From Ruminococcus flavefaciens (GTDB taxonomy: Bacteria > Bacillota > Clostridia > Oscillospirales > Ruminococcaceae): 64,000 nucleotides of DNA. Positions within the stretch are counted from its first letter, which is position 1; each line of letters starts with the position of its first letter. Under the pieces are notes generated by a model, which was not told where the DNA came from, searched no databases, and worked only from the letters and a program-made list of their open reading frames with translations. The stretch spans positions 7,051-71,050 of the forward strand of contig SFMO01000143.1 in NCBI GenBank assembly GCA_004554385.1. Reading direction: 5' to 3'. The position numbers and the translations under genes are program-made. Shown here piece by piece: positions 1-8,185 of the stretch.

Positions 1-2
1 TA

Positions 3-578
3 CTCTGGTCCGACGGTGGACTGGAGACGTTCACAAAGCAGGAGATAGAGGTCAAAAACGGCATAACATACGTTAACGGAATACTCATTGCCAATAAGAC
101 CTATTCGCTGCCAAAGGACTATAACCCCGGAAAGATACTTCCCGATGCTCAGGCAGCTTTCAATACCATGCAGGCTGATGCGAAAAAGGCAGGACTCAGC
201 CTTAGCATATGCTCGGGATTCCGCTCATACGATTATCAGAACCAGCTTTACAACGGCTATGTTGCCCGTGACGGAAAGGCTGCGGCTGATACATATTCCG
301 CAAGGGCAGGACATTCCGAACACCAGACAGGTCTTGCTATGGATATAAACTACGCAAGCTCCGCATTCACAAATACTCCAGAGGCAAAGTGGCTTGCGGC
401 TAACTGCTATAAGTACGGCTTTATACTCCGATACCCGAAGGGCAAGGAGAATATCACGGGATATCAGTATGAGTCATGGCACGTTCGCTATCTCGGAAAG
501 CAGCTTGCAAAGGAGGTCTATGATTCGGGACTTACCTTAGAGGAGTTCCTGTGCATAGACTCGAAGTACAAATCGTGA
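3..578 (+). CDS. D-alanyl-D-alanine carboxypeptidase (VanY/M15B family), 5'-truncated by window edge
   Basis: Frame is open from position 3 (LWSDGGLETF...GILIANKTYSLP). Motifs SGFRSY, SEHQTGLAMD and YESWH are typical of M15B Zn peptidases. Confidence 0.9.
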   Translation, partial: LWSDGGLETFTKQEIEVKNGITYVNGILIANKTYSLPKDYNPGKILPDAQAAFNTMQADAKKAGLSLSICSGFRSYDYQNQLYNGYVARDGKAAADTYSARAGHSEHQTGLAMDINYASSAFTNTPEAKWLAANCYKYGFILRYPKGKENITGYQYESWHVRYLGKQLAKEVYDSGLTLEEFLCIDSKYKS

Positions 579-610
579 TAAGAACTAAGAGCTAAGATCC
601 AAGAACTAAG
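579..610 (+). repeat. Tandem 7-bp repeat (TAAGAAC/TAAGAGC type), about 4.5 copies
   Basis: taagaac taagagc taagatc caagaac taag, directly after the stop codon. A similar array lies at 57059-57093. Confidence 0.8.
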
Positions 611-635
611 TAGGGGACGGCGTCCTCGACGTCCC
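610..635 (+). repeat. GTAG-family REP-like palindrome
   Basis: gtaggggacggcgtcctcgacgtccc. Near-identical copy at 50005-50030; related inverted copy at 2759-2784. Confidence 0.85.
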
Positions 636-682
636 TTTAGGGAACGCCCTCTCTTGCAGGGCGACACTAATCGTGTCCGGCA

Positions 683-942
683 CCCTCTGTCCTTCAGACA
701 TCTCCCTACACTGTAGGGAGTCACCCTCTTGAAAAACAGTCCACTGGACTTTTTTTCAATTCACCCTTTGCGGAGCGCTTTGTAACTGCGGGGCTTTGCC
801 CCAGGCTAACCGCCCCAGCCCCTCTGTCGCTTTGCGACATCTCCCCACACTGTGGGGAGTCACCCCACAAGGGCTGTCCCCCTAATCGGGTCCGCCCCCT
901 TTGTCGCATTGCGACATCTCCCCACTCTGTGGGGAGTAACCC
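683..942. repeat. Three copies of a ~45-bp double-hairpin repeat (683-726, 820-865, 897-942)
   Basis: Consensus ccctctgtcgcNNNgcgacatctcccYacactgtRgggagtcaccc, with a compensatory T-A/C-G change in the second hairpin. Confidence 0.85.
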
Positions 943-1041
943 TTGACCTGACCAAAGGAACACAGTCCCTTTGGAATCCCGTTCATGGGTTCCGCAAGTT
1001 ACTACGCTAAATTTTGATTTACAACAGAAAGGAAGATATTA

Positions 1042-1881
1042 ATGAAGCTTTTACAATGCTATGTTGATAATATAATCACCACTGCCCTCATGGAGGACAT
1101 AAACTATATCGACGCTGCGGCAGATAACCTTATCCCTGCCGACCACAGAAGCTCTGCTTACTACGTTGCAAAGGATACAGGCGTTGTCTGTGGTATCGAG
1201 GTGGCAAAGAGAGTTTTTGACCTCGCAGGCGGCGACGTTGACTTCAGGATACTCCTTCAGGACGGCACAAAGGTTCAGAAGGGCGATATAATCGCAGAGC
1301 TTGAAGGAAGCACTCTCACACTCCTCAAAGGCGAGAGAACAGCTCTCAACCTCCTACAGCATATGTCGGGTATCGCAACTGCCACAAACAAGTGCGTTGA
1401 GCTTGTAAAGGGCACAAAGGCTGCCGTTACCGACACAAGAAAGACTCTCCCGGGACTTCGCGCACTCCAGAAGTATGCGGTAACAGTAGGCGGCGGAAAG
1501 AACCATCGCTTCAATCTCTCCGACGCGGCAATGCTCAAGGACAACCACATTGACGCTTACGGCGGAATCACTGCGGCTGTGAACGCGCTCCGTGAGAAGA
1601 TAGGTCATACTGTAAAGATCGAAGTTGAAGTGCGTACACTGGACGAGCTTCGCGAGGCACTTGCAACAGGTGTTGAGATAATCATGCTGGACAATATGAG
1701 CTGCGACGAGATGAAGGAGGCTGTTGCAATTGCAGGCGGAAAGGCTCTCCTTGAAGCTTCGGGCAATGTCACCGCCGAGAATATCCGCGCAGTTGCAGAG
1801 ACAGGCGTGGATATAATCTCTCTCGGTGCGCTTACTCATTCCGTTAAGTGCTTCGATATCTCCATGAAGATAAAGAAATGA
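1042..1881 (+). CDS. nadC: Nicotinate-nucleotide pyrophosphorylase (quinolinate phosphoribosyltransferase)
   Basis: ERTALNLLQHMSGIAT, DTRKT.PGLR, HRFNLSD.AMLKDNH, IEVEV, IMLDN, EASG motifs. Confidence 0.97.
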   Translation: MKLLQCYVDNIITTALMEDINYIDAAADNLIPADHRSSAYYVAKDTGVVCGIEVAKRVFDLAGGDVDFRILLQDGTKVQKGDIIAELEGSTLTLLKGERTALNLLQHMSGIATATNKCVELVKGTKAAVTDTRKTLPGLRALQKYAVTVGGGKNHRFNLSDAAMLKDNHIDAYGGITAAVNALREKIGHTVKIEVEVRTLDELREALATGVEIIMLDNMSCDEMKEAVAIAGGKALLEASGNVTAENIRAVAETGVDIISLGALTHSVKCFDISMKIKK

Positions 1882-1891
1882 CAGGATAACT

Positions 1892-2296
1892 ATGAACGAC
1901 TGTATTTTCTGCAAGCTTATAAGCGGTGAATTTCAGCCCATGAAGGTCTATGAGGACGAGCATACTCTTGTGTTTATGGACACGGCAAAGGACGTTGACG
2001 GACATATCCTTGCAGTCCCGAAAAAGCACTGCATGAATATTCTGGACTGCGATGAAGAAACGCTGACAAGCCTTATGAGGACAGTGAAAAAGGTGTCGGA
2101 GCACCTTGTGGAGAAATGCGGCTATGAGGGAGTAAATCTCCTCAATGCCGACGGTGAGAGCGCAGGTCAGTCCGTGCCCCATTTCCATATCCATATCATT
2201 CCGAGGAAAAGCGGCGACGGAATTGACGCATGGCCGAATTTTGAAGGAGCTTCAAGGAACACCGAGGATGTTTTCAGAGAGATAACAATGTTATAA
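1892..2296 (+). CDS. HIT family hydrolase
   Basis: N-terminal DCIFCK and GQSVPHFHIHIIPR histidine triad. Confidence 0.95.
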   Translation: MNDCIFCKLISGEFQPMKVYEDEHTLVFMDTAKDVDGHILAVPKKHCMNILDCDEETLTSLMRTVKKVSEHLVEKCGYEGVNLLNADGESAGQSVPHFHIHIIPRKSGDGIDAWPNFEGASRNTEDVFREITML

Positions 2297-2357
2297 AAAT
2301 AACGTTAGGGGCGCACATCGTGCGCACGTTTTTGAAGGAAGTTTGGGAGGTGCAGGT

Positions 2358-2681
2358 ATGGAAAGAGTTCTGTGGCTTATCATCATGATTCCCATTGGTG
2401 TTTTATTTACCTGTTTCGGTATCTACGCATGGAAGCGGAAAAAGCCCATGTGGTTCTGGTCGGGCAGAGAAGTCAGGGAAACTGAAATATCGGATATTCC
2501 TGCCTATAACAAAGCAAACGGGCTTATGTGGACAGCTTTTTCTGCTGTATTCTGGGCAGGGGCGGTTCTTGGGCTATTTCAGCTTGATATTGCAGGAATA
2601 GTTGTCGCTGTGGGAACTGTCGTCGGGATACCTGTACTGTTTCTTACTTATAAAAGGATATATTCAAAATATAAGCGCTGA
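2358..2681 (+). CDS. Small membrane protein (about 3 TM helices), function unknown
   Basis: RBS GGAGG then ATG at 2358; hydrophobic segments; flanked by REP-like sequences. Confidence 0.75.
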   Translation: MERVLWLIIMIPIGVLFTCFGIYAWKRKKPMWFWSGREVRETEISDIPAYNKANGLMWTAFSAVFWAGAVLGLFQLDIAGIVVAVGTVVGIPVLFLTYKRIYSKYKR

Positions 2682-2758
2682 ATATCGCAGCCGTCCGTAT
2701 TGATATACGGGCGGCTTTTTATTATTAGGGACGCCTTCTCTTGCAAGGCGGCTCAAAT

Positions 2759-2837
2759 GGGCTGTCGAGGACGTCAGCCCCTACAGATGATACCGTATAT
2801 GTACGGTTTTACACGGGCGGATAATATCCGCCCCTAC
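2759..2837 (-). repeat. Two GTAG-type REP palindromes (2759-2784, 2814-2837)
   Basis: Reverse complements are gtaggggctgacgtcctcgacagccc and gtaggggcggatattatccgcccg; the latter matches 50081-50104. Confidence 0.85.
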
Positions 2838-2884
2838 AGGTATAATTTCGCAGTTCCAGCAGATAATACCGCTGAGGTGAGATA

Positions 2885-4327
2885 ATGGAGAAAAAACAAC
2901 TGCTGTCCTCACTTGACCGCAGCATCGACGAGATACGCCGCATTTCGGGAGGCTCGTCCGACGTGCTCATAAACCGTTTCGTGACCGGAGGTATACACTG
3001 CGCTCTTCTGTGCTGCGAGGGCATGGTGTCAACATCGGTCATCACGGAGCTCATATTCGAGCCCATAACCGATATTCCACAGCAAAAGGACGCTCACAGG
3101 CTGTTTCATCATATTAATGAGGAGCTTCTGCTCTCCACAGATCGCCCCGAGGTCGGGGATTACGACGAGCTTTTTCGGCTGATGAACTCGGGATTTGCTG
3201 TTCTTCTTGCGGAGGGTATGGACTATGGACTTGCCTTCGGAGTGCAGGGATACAATACAAGGGGAGTTCAGGAGCCCCTCGGCGAGGGCAATATAATGGG
3301 AGCTCACGAGGGCTTCACTGAGACCGTCCGCACTAATATGTCGCAGATACGCAGGCGGATAAAGTCACCTGAGCTGGTCATGGAGCTGTCGAAAAAAGGA
3401 GACAAGAGCGGAACGGATATATGCCTTTGCTACATGAAGGACCGTGTGCCGAAGGCACTTATGGAGAAGATACGCCGCTCCCTTGACGACGTTGAGCTTG
3501 AAGCCATACTGACTACGGGGTATCTGCGCCCATTTGTGGAGAACGGCAGCTTTGAACTGTTTGATTCCACGGGAACTACGGAGCGCCCCGATGTGCTGAG
3601 CTCAAAGCTTATCGAGGGGCGTGTGGCTCTGCTGGTGGACGGAGTCCCCTATGCCATAGTGATACCTCACCTGTTCTGCGAAAGCTTTCAGACTCTTGAC
3701 GACTATGCCTATAAGCCATATTATGCCACGTTCATACGCTGGCTGAAGTATGCGGCTTTTCTTGCGGCGGTACTGCTGCCCTCCTTTTATGTAGCGATAG
3801 TCATGTATCATCCTGAGCTTCTCAACAGCACGTTGTTCATGCTTCTTGTTGAGGCGGAGAAAAAAGCGCCCCTGTCCATAGTGACAGAGGCGGTGTTCGT
3901 ACTGCTGATGTATGAGATAATAAGGGAGGCAGGAGTGAGGCTGCCAAAGCCTGTGGGCGGAGCGGTAAGTATAATCAGCGGACTGATAATCGGCGATGCT
4001 GCGGTGAATTCCGGACTGGTGAGCACTCCGCTTCTGACCATGACTGCCCTTGCTGTTCTGGGAGGACTTGTAGTTCCCGAGCTGAATCCTCAGGTGACGG
4101 TTCTGCGTTTTGCATTTCTCGCTGCAGGGGGAGCGCTGGGACTTTTCGGCATAAGTCTCCTTGCCTGTGCGGTTCTGGTGAATATCTGCGCTACAGAGGA
4201 CTACGGTTTTCCGTATATGGCTCCATTGTCTCCCTTCAGAAAAAAAGGCATGGGTGATACCGCAGTCCGCAGCGGAATAAAGAAGCTCCAGAACAGGGGC
4301 TTTACTGTTGAGGAGTACCATGAATAG
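2885..4327 (+). CDS. Spore germination receptor subunit A (GerA/GerKA family)
   Basis: EGFTE...TNMSQIRRRIK, TERPD, EGRVALLVDG.P, EIIREAGVRLP, IIGDAAV motifs. Confidence 0.93.
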   Translation: MEKKQLLSSLDRSIDEIRRISGGSSDVLINRFVTGGIHCALLCCEGMVSTSVITELIFEPITDIPQQKDAHRLFHHINEELLLSTDRPEVGDYDELFRLMNSGFAVLLAEGMDYGLAFGVQGYNTRGVQEPLGEGNIMGAHEGFTETVRTNMSQIRRRIKSPELVMELSKKGDKSGTDICLCYMKDRVPKALMEKIRRSLDDVELEAILTTGYLRPFVENGSFELFDSTGTTERPDVLSSKLIEGRVALLVDGVPYAIVIPHLFCESFQTLDDYAYKPYYATFIRWLKYAAFLAAVLLPSFYVAIVMYHPELLNSTLFMLLVEAEKKAPLSIVTEAVFVLLMYEIIREAGVRLPKPVGGAVSIISGLIIGDAAVNSGLVSTPLLTMTALAVLGGLVVPELNPQVTVLRFAFLAAGGALGLFGISLLACAVLVNICATEDYGFPYMAPLSPFRKKGMGDTAVRSGIKKLQNRGFTVEEYHE

Positions 4328-5303
4328 TATATCGAAATATCAATTCACAGCATTGCTGCTTATTACGGAGCTGTTCTGCCTGTGCTGCTGCATGGGGAGT
4401 GTATCTGTTACTACCCTTTTGGGGATACTGGCAGGAACGGCTATACAGTACCTTGTATTTGTGGGCTTTGCGGTACAGGGTGGAACTCTTAAAAAGTGGG
4501 CAGAGTTTTTTTATCTCGTTTATGCAGTATTCTGCGGCGGAGCGTTGTTAAATTCCCTGTGGCAGACAAGCTCCGAAATATATATTCCATATGAGGAAAG
4601 CGGCGGAGTAATGGGTAGTATCATGGTCGCAGGGCTTATCGCGCTTGTATGTCTTTATGCATCATCCACGGGAATAAAATCCGTTTCACGGGCAGCGGTG
4701 ATAGCCGCGTTCCTTGCACTGACCTGTCTTTTGGTGGATCTTATCAGTGCAGTTTTCAATGCGGACTGGGAGAACGTCACCCGTTCAGGCAGGCAGGGGC
4801 TGTTGGGAGAACTTTTCAGAGGATTCGGACTAAGCGGAAGCCTTGGCGGAGCAGCGGTCTGGCTTGGCAAAGTGAGAGGGGATAAGTGCAGAGCGGCAAC
4901 GGTATTTTTTACAGCAAAAGCTGCCGCAGCTGCGGCGGTGTTCCTTACAGTGCTGCCTGTTGCGGGCGGTATAATGACGCTCACAGAGCATCCTGTAATA
5001 ACGGCAGCACAGCTCTCTCAACCCTTTGAGGCTCAGCGTATAGACTCAATATTTCTTGTGGTATTTTCGGTGCTGGCAGTTTTCTCGGTGACCCTGCAGG
5101 TCATGACGGGAGCTTATCTGCTTGAGGCGATCATTCCGCGCTTTCAGCGCTGGCGAAGTCTGACGGTCACGGCGATGATGATAGGAGCCGCTTTTATTAT
5201 TGGCAGCAGGGAGCTTTCCGGCCTCCGCGCCTGCGCGGCTTTTGCCGCGCTGATTGTTGCGCCTCTGGGCGCAAAAAGATCCGCTGCTGAAAGCAGCGGA
5301 TAG
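4320..5303 (+). CDS. GerB-like (APC-type) germination membrane protein
   Basis: Overlaps the gerA stop; multiple TM segments; QRIDSIF resembles the GerB RlE/D motif. Confidence 0.7.
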   Translation: MNSISKYQFTALLLITELFCLCCCMGSVSVTTLLGILAGTAIQYLVFVGFAVQGGTLKKWAEFFYLVYAVFCGGALLNSLWQTSSEIYIPYEESGGVMGSIMVAGLIALVCLYASSTGIKSVSRAAVIAAFLALTCLLVDLISAVFNADWENVTRSGRQGLLGELFRGFGLSGSLGGAAVWLGKVRGDKCRAATVFFTAKAAAAAAVFLTVLPVAGGIMTLTEHPVITAAQLSQPFEAQRIDSIFLVVFSVLAVFSVTLQVMTGAYLLEAIIPRFQRWRSLTVTAMMIGAAFIIGSRELSGLRACAAFAALIVAPLGAKRSAAESSG

Positions 5304-5313
5304 GCGCGGATCT

Positions 5314-5775
5314 TTATTTGCGGCTTTTCTTTTCGCGGAGCTGTCGGAAAAACTCCGAAAGTATTGCCGAGCACTCCTCTTCCATGACTCCGCCAGTGAC
5401 ATCGGGGCGGTAGTTGTAGGGAAGCTCAAACATTTTCTGTACCGAAACAGCAGAGCCGCTTTTAATGTCATAAGCACCGAAGACGACGTTGTCGATACGT
5501 GAATTAATAATGGCGCCGCAGCACATTGGGCAGGGTTCAAGCGTGACGTATATTGCACACTCAGGAAGGCGCCAGCCTCCAAGAGTGCGGCAGGCTTCGT
5601 CTATTGCCATTATCTCAGCGTGAGCAAGGGCATTCTTAGCACCCTCACGCATATTCCGTCCCTCGCCGACTATTTCTCCTGTGGTCTTTTTTACGACTAC
5701 TGCTCCCACAGGGACTTCGCCCTCTTCAAAGGCGAGCCTTGCCAGCTCAAGTGCACGGGACATATATCTATCCAT
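5314..5775 (-). CDS. tadA: tRNA adenosine(34) deaminase
   Basis: EVPVGAV, AHAEI, TLEPCPMC motifs; ATG at 5775 with RBS AAGGAG. Confidence 0.93.
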   Translation of the reverse strand: MDRYMSRALELARLAFEEGEVPVGAVVVKKTTGEIVGEGRNMREGAKNALAHAEIMAIDEACRTLGGWRLPECAIYVTLEPCPMCCGAIINSRIDNVVFGAYDIKSGSAVSVQKMFELPYNYRPDVTGGVMEEECSAILSEFFRQLREKKSRK

Positions 5776-5795
5776 TGATATGCTCCTTGAAAGGT

Positions 5796-6959
5796 CTATA
5801 ATATAAGCTTTATAAGGGCAGCCATTACACATACACCCACTACAGCAGGCACAGGGTAGCTTCTGAAAGCTGTCATAAACCTCTGTGGGGCAGTGACTTC
5901 TGACTTGTATACCGCTATCCTGTTGCGGTTCTTTTTCTTGTTCAGGATATAAACGAAGGTAACACCTGCAATTCCGACAACGAATACCGCAAGGATAAAG
6001 ATGTTTCGTTTCAGGAATATGCTGTCGGCTGATGTTGATTCAAGCAGTATAAGAGCCATTCGGTAGAGCTTGAAAATGATCTGAACGTATATGGCTGTAA
6101 GTATCGAACCGCTTCTGAGCATTCCCTCACCTGCAACAGCTGCCATGAGGAGAGCCGCAGGGAACTCGCGGACATCCTGGACAAGGAAGGCAGACATCAG
6201 CGAGGTTATCAGTACGGCGAATATGTCGCCGAACTGTCGGAGCGCTCCGAAAACAGCTCCTCTGAAAAACAGCTCTGAGATCACCGAAACGATGATGATA
6301 TCGAATACTGCATAGATAATGAACTGCTTCTGGTCCCATGCCGATGCATCTGCATCTATTTCGCGGAAATAATTGAAAAGCTGCCTTGTTCTGTTTGTAT
6401 AGATGCTTGGAAGGCTCGTTACTGCACTTGCAGCAAGAGACAGGCAGAGGGATCCGATCATATCGGCGGAGTGCTTCAGCTTTGTCATGAACTCGACCTT
6501 GAATGGCATTTTCATCTTTTGGTGAACGTATATCCCCGGAATGATTATTTTCATCAGACCAACAAGAATGAGGTATGTTACGATCTCAATATCGCCGCCG
6601 TAAACTCCTGTGCTGAAGAAAGAGGCGTGTATGTTGAAGCCGAGAAAATCAAAAAGGGATATTACTGCCTTGCCGATGATATTGTCGATAACTATCCACA
6701 TTAGCATGGCGATACCTGCAACGTTCATTATCTTGATGACGCAGTTTCGCTCGGCTGTGGGCAGAGAGCGGCTTTCGAAGCCCTTTCCTTCAACGAATAC
6801 GCTTTCTCTTCGGTCCATCTTGAAGTTGAAGGCATAGGGGTTATCCTTATTTTTACGCCACTTTATAAAGCTCTGGTTGTAGCGGTCGTCCTGAGTCGAA
6901 TAGTCAAATTGTTCTACAACATTGATGATATTTTTCTCTGAGGTGTCAGTAAGTTTCAT
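5796..6959 (-). CDS. CPBP/CAAX-protease-like (Abi) intramembrane protein
   Basis: Multi-TM; SELFFRG resembles EExxFRG, but the motif is degenerate. Confidence 0.7.
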   Translation of the reverse strand: MKLTDTSEKNIINVVEQFDYSTQDDRYNQSFIKWRKNKDNPYAFNFKMDRRESVFVEGKGFESRSLPTAERNCVIKIMNVAGIAMLMWIVIDNIIGKAVISLFDFLGFNIHASFFSTGVYGGDIEIVTYLILVGLMKIIIPGIYVHQKMKMPFKVEFMTKLKHSADMIGSLCLSLAASAVTSLPSIYTNRTRQLFNYFREIDADASAWDQKQFIIYAVFDIIIVSVISELFFRGAVFGALRQFGDIFAVLITSLMSAFLVQDVREFPAALLMAAVAGEGMLRSGSILTAIYVQIIFKLYRMALILLESTSADSIFLKRNIFILAVFVVGIAGVTFVYILNKKKNRNRIAVYKSEVTAPQRFMTAFRSYPVPAVVGVCVMAALIKLIL

Positions 6960-7081
6960 TGACTCACCTCCTGCAATTTCTCATTATAATAGTATCATAT
7001 TTTAAGGGTAACAGTGTTGATATTTTAAAGCAATTTTATGAACAATAGGTTAAATTGATAAAAAATAAAAGGAGATCATCC

Positions 7082-7606
7082 GTGAACAGAAAATTCTTTG
7101 TTTCAGCAGCCTTTATGGCGCTGCTGTCCGTCACAGGCTGTGCCTCGGGACGGATCCATGAAAAATGCTATCTCCGGGCTGTTTCGGTTTCCGGAAACCA
7201 GCTTGTTTTCTCTTTATTTAACATTGACGGTGTCATTGTGGGGACGGGGGATGATATGCACTCAGCCAGACGTTCTGCGGAGCTCATCGGCGGCAAGCCC
7301 ATATTTACAGGCTATACCGAGCTCGTTATCGTTGACGGCGAGGACTCTCTCGGCGTTCTCGGAAATATGCTGAGGGAATGGAAGCTGTCGCCTTCGTGCA
7401 GAGTGGTGTGCAGTGAAAACGGCGAAGAGCTTCTTCGCAGCAATGATGCAGAGCTGCTGATCGGGATAACGGATCAGGCTGTAAAGCAGGGGATAGCGCC
7501 GCCCTGCGACATCATCGCCGTTCTCGGAGAGCTATGCCATGACGGACAGGCAGAGACAGCCGAACTTCACTCGGACGGAACTGTTGGAAGCTGCGTCATA
7601 CGCTAA
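7082..7606 (+). CDS. Short GerC-like lipoprotein
   Basis: GTG start after AGGAG; lipobox VTGC; 'GKPIFTGYTELVIV' resembles the GerC N-terminal region; near gerA/B. Confidence 0.55.
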   Translation: MNRKFFVSAAFMALLSVTGCASGRIHEKCYLRAVSVSGNQLVFSLFNIDGVIVGTGDDMHSARRSAELIGGKPIFTGYTELVIVDGEDSLGVLGNMLREWKLSPSCRVVCSENGEELLRSNDAELLIGITDQAVKQGIAPPCDIIAVLGELCHDGQAETAELHSDGTVGSCVIR

Positions 7607-7791
7607 TTCTGGTGGCGTACAACACCGTACTCGTCATCAAGACGATAATACGGACAGGAATAGTTTGTGCCCTGTAAAAATCGGTACATCTCGTCCTCGT
7701 CAAGATTTATCATACAGACGTAGCAGTCGTAATCCTCGTCATAGACGTAGTTTGTGCAGGTCTCACAGTTGGTTGCTTTTTTCTTTTCCAT
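7603..7791 (-). CDS. Small Cys-rich conserved protein (DUF6472-like)
   Basis: CETC...C...LDEDEM...CPYY pattern; RBS AAAGGAG upstream. Confidence 0.75.
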   Translation of the reverse strand: MEKKKATNCETCTNYVYDEDYDCYVCMINLDEDEMYRFLQGTNYSCPYYRLDDEYGVVRHQN

Positions 7792-8062
7792 AAGCGAAGC
7801 TCCTTTCCGCTGATTCTTTAGTCTGAGAGGACATCGTCTTCTGCATACAAAACCAATACATTATAACACAAATGAAAAGAAAATGCAAATTTTTGGCTGA
7901 ATTTTTTCAAATGCACTTTGATAAAAATATAACAACGTGCCTTTTTTTATATATCACCAACGGGGATTGCTGCTCATTTCTGTTGTTAACCTACGGTCAT
8001 TCGCATTTTTTGCTGTGTTTTTGCGTAATATTGCTATTCCTAAAAAATACCGTCTGCCGCTA

Positions 8063-8091
8063 TTGACACATTGACAAAAAACAGATATAAT
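8063..8091 (+). promoter_or_regulatory. Sigma-A promoter of PEPCK gene
   Basis: TTGACA-17-TATAAT, followed by a leader hairpin at about 8097-8130. Confidence 0.85.
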
Positions 8092-8185
8092 AGTATCAGA
8101 GGAACGTTTGACTTTTGTCGGACGCTCTGTGCTGCGGTGAATATTTCCGCAAGTTACATGATAATTTTTTAGGAGGTATTATACA

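Noticed and set aside
168..578. VanY-like gene as a vancomycin-resistance determinant
   Set aside because: No vanHAX or vanRS neighbours in view; M15B carboxypeptidases are routine cell-wall enzymes.
683..942. Three repeats separated by unique sequence, superficially CRISPR-like
   Set aside because: Repeats vary in sequence, spacers are very unequal (about 93 and 31 bp), and no cas genes are present; it fits REP/MITE-like elements better.
518..963. Minus-strand ORFs 518-724 and 721-963
   Set aside because: They are translations of the palindromic repeat nest, with no RBS and no protein-like composition.
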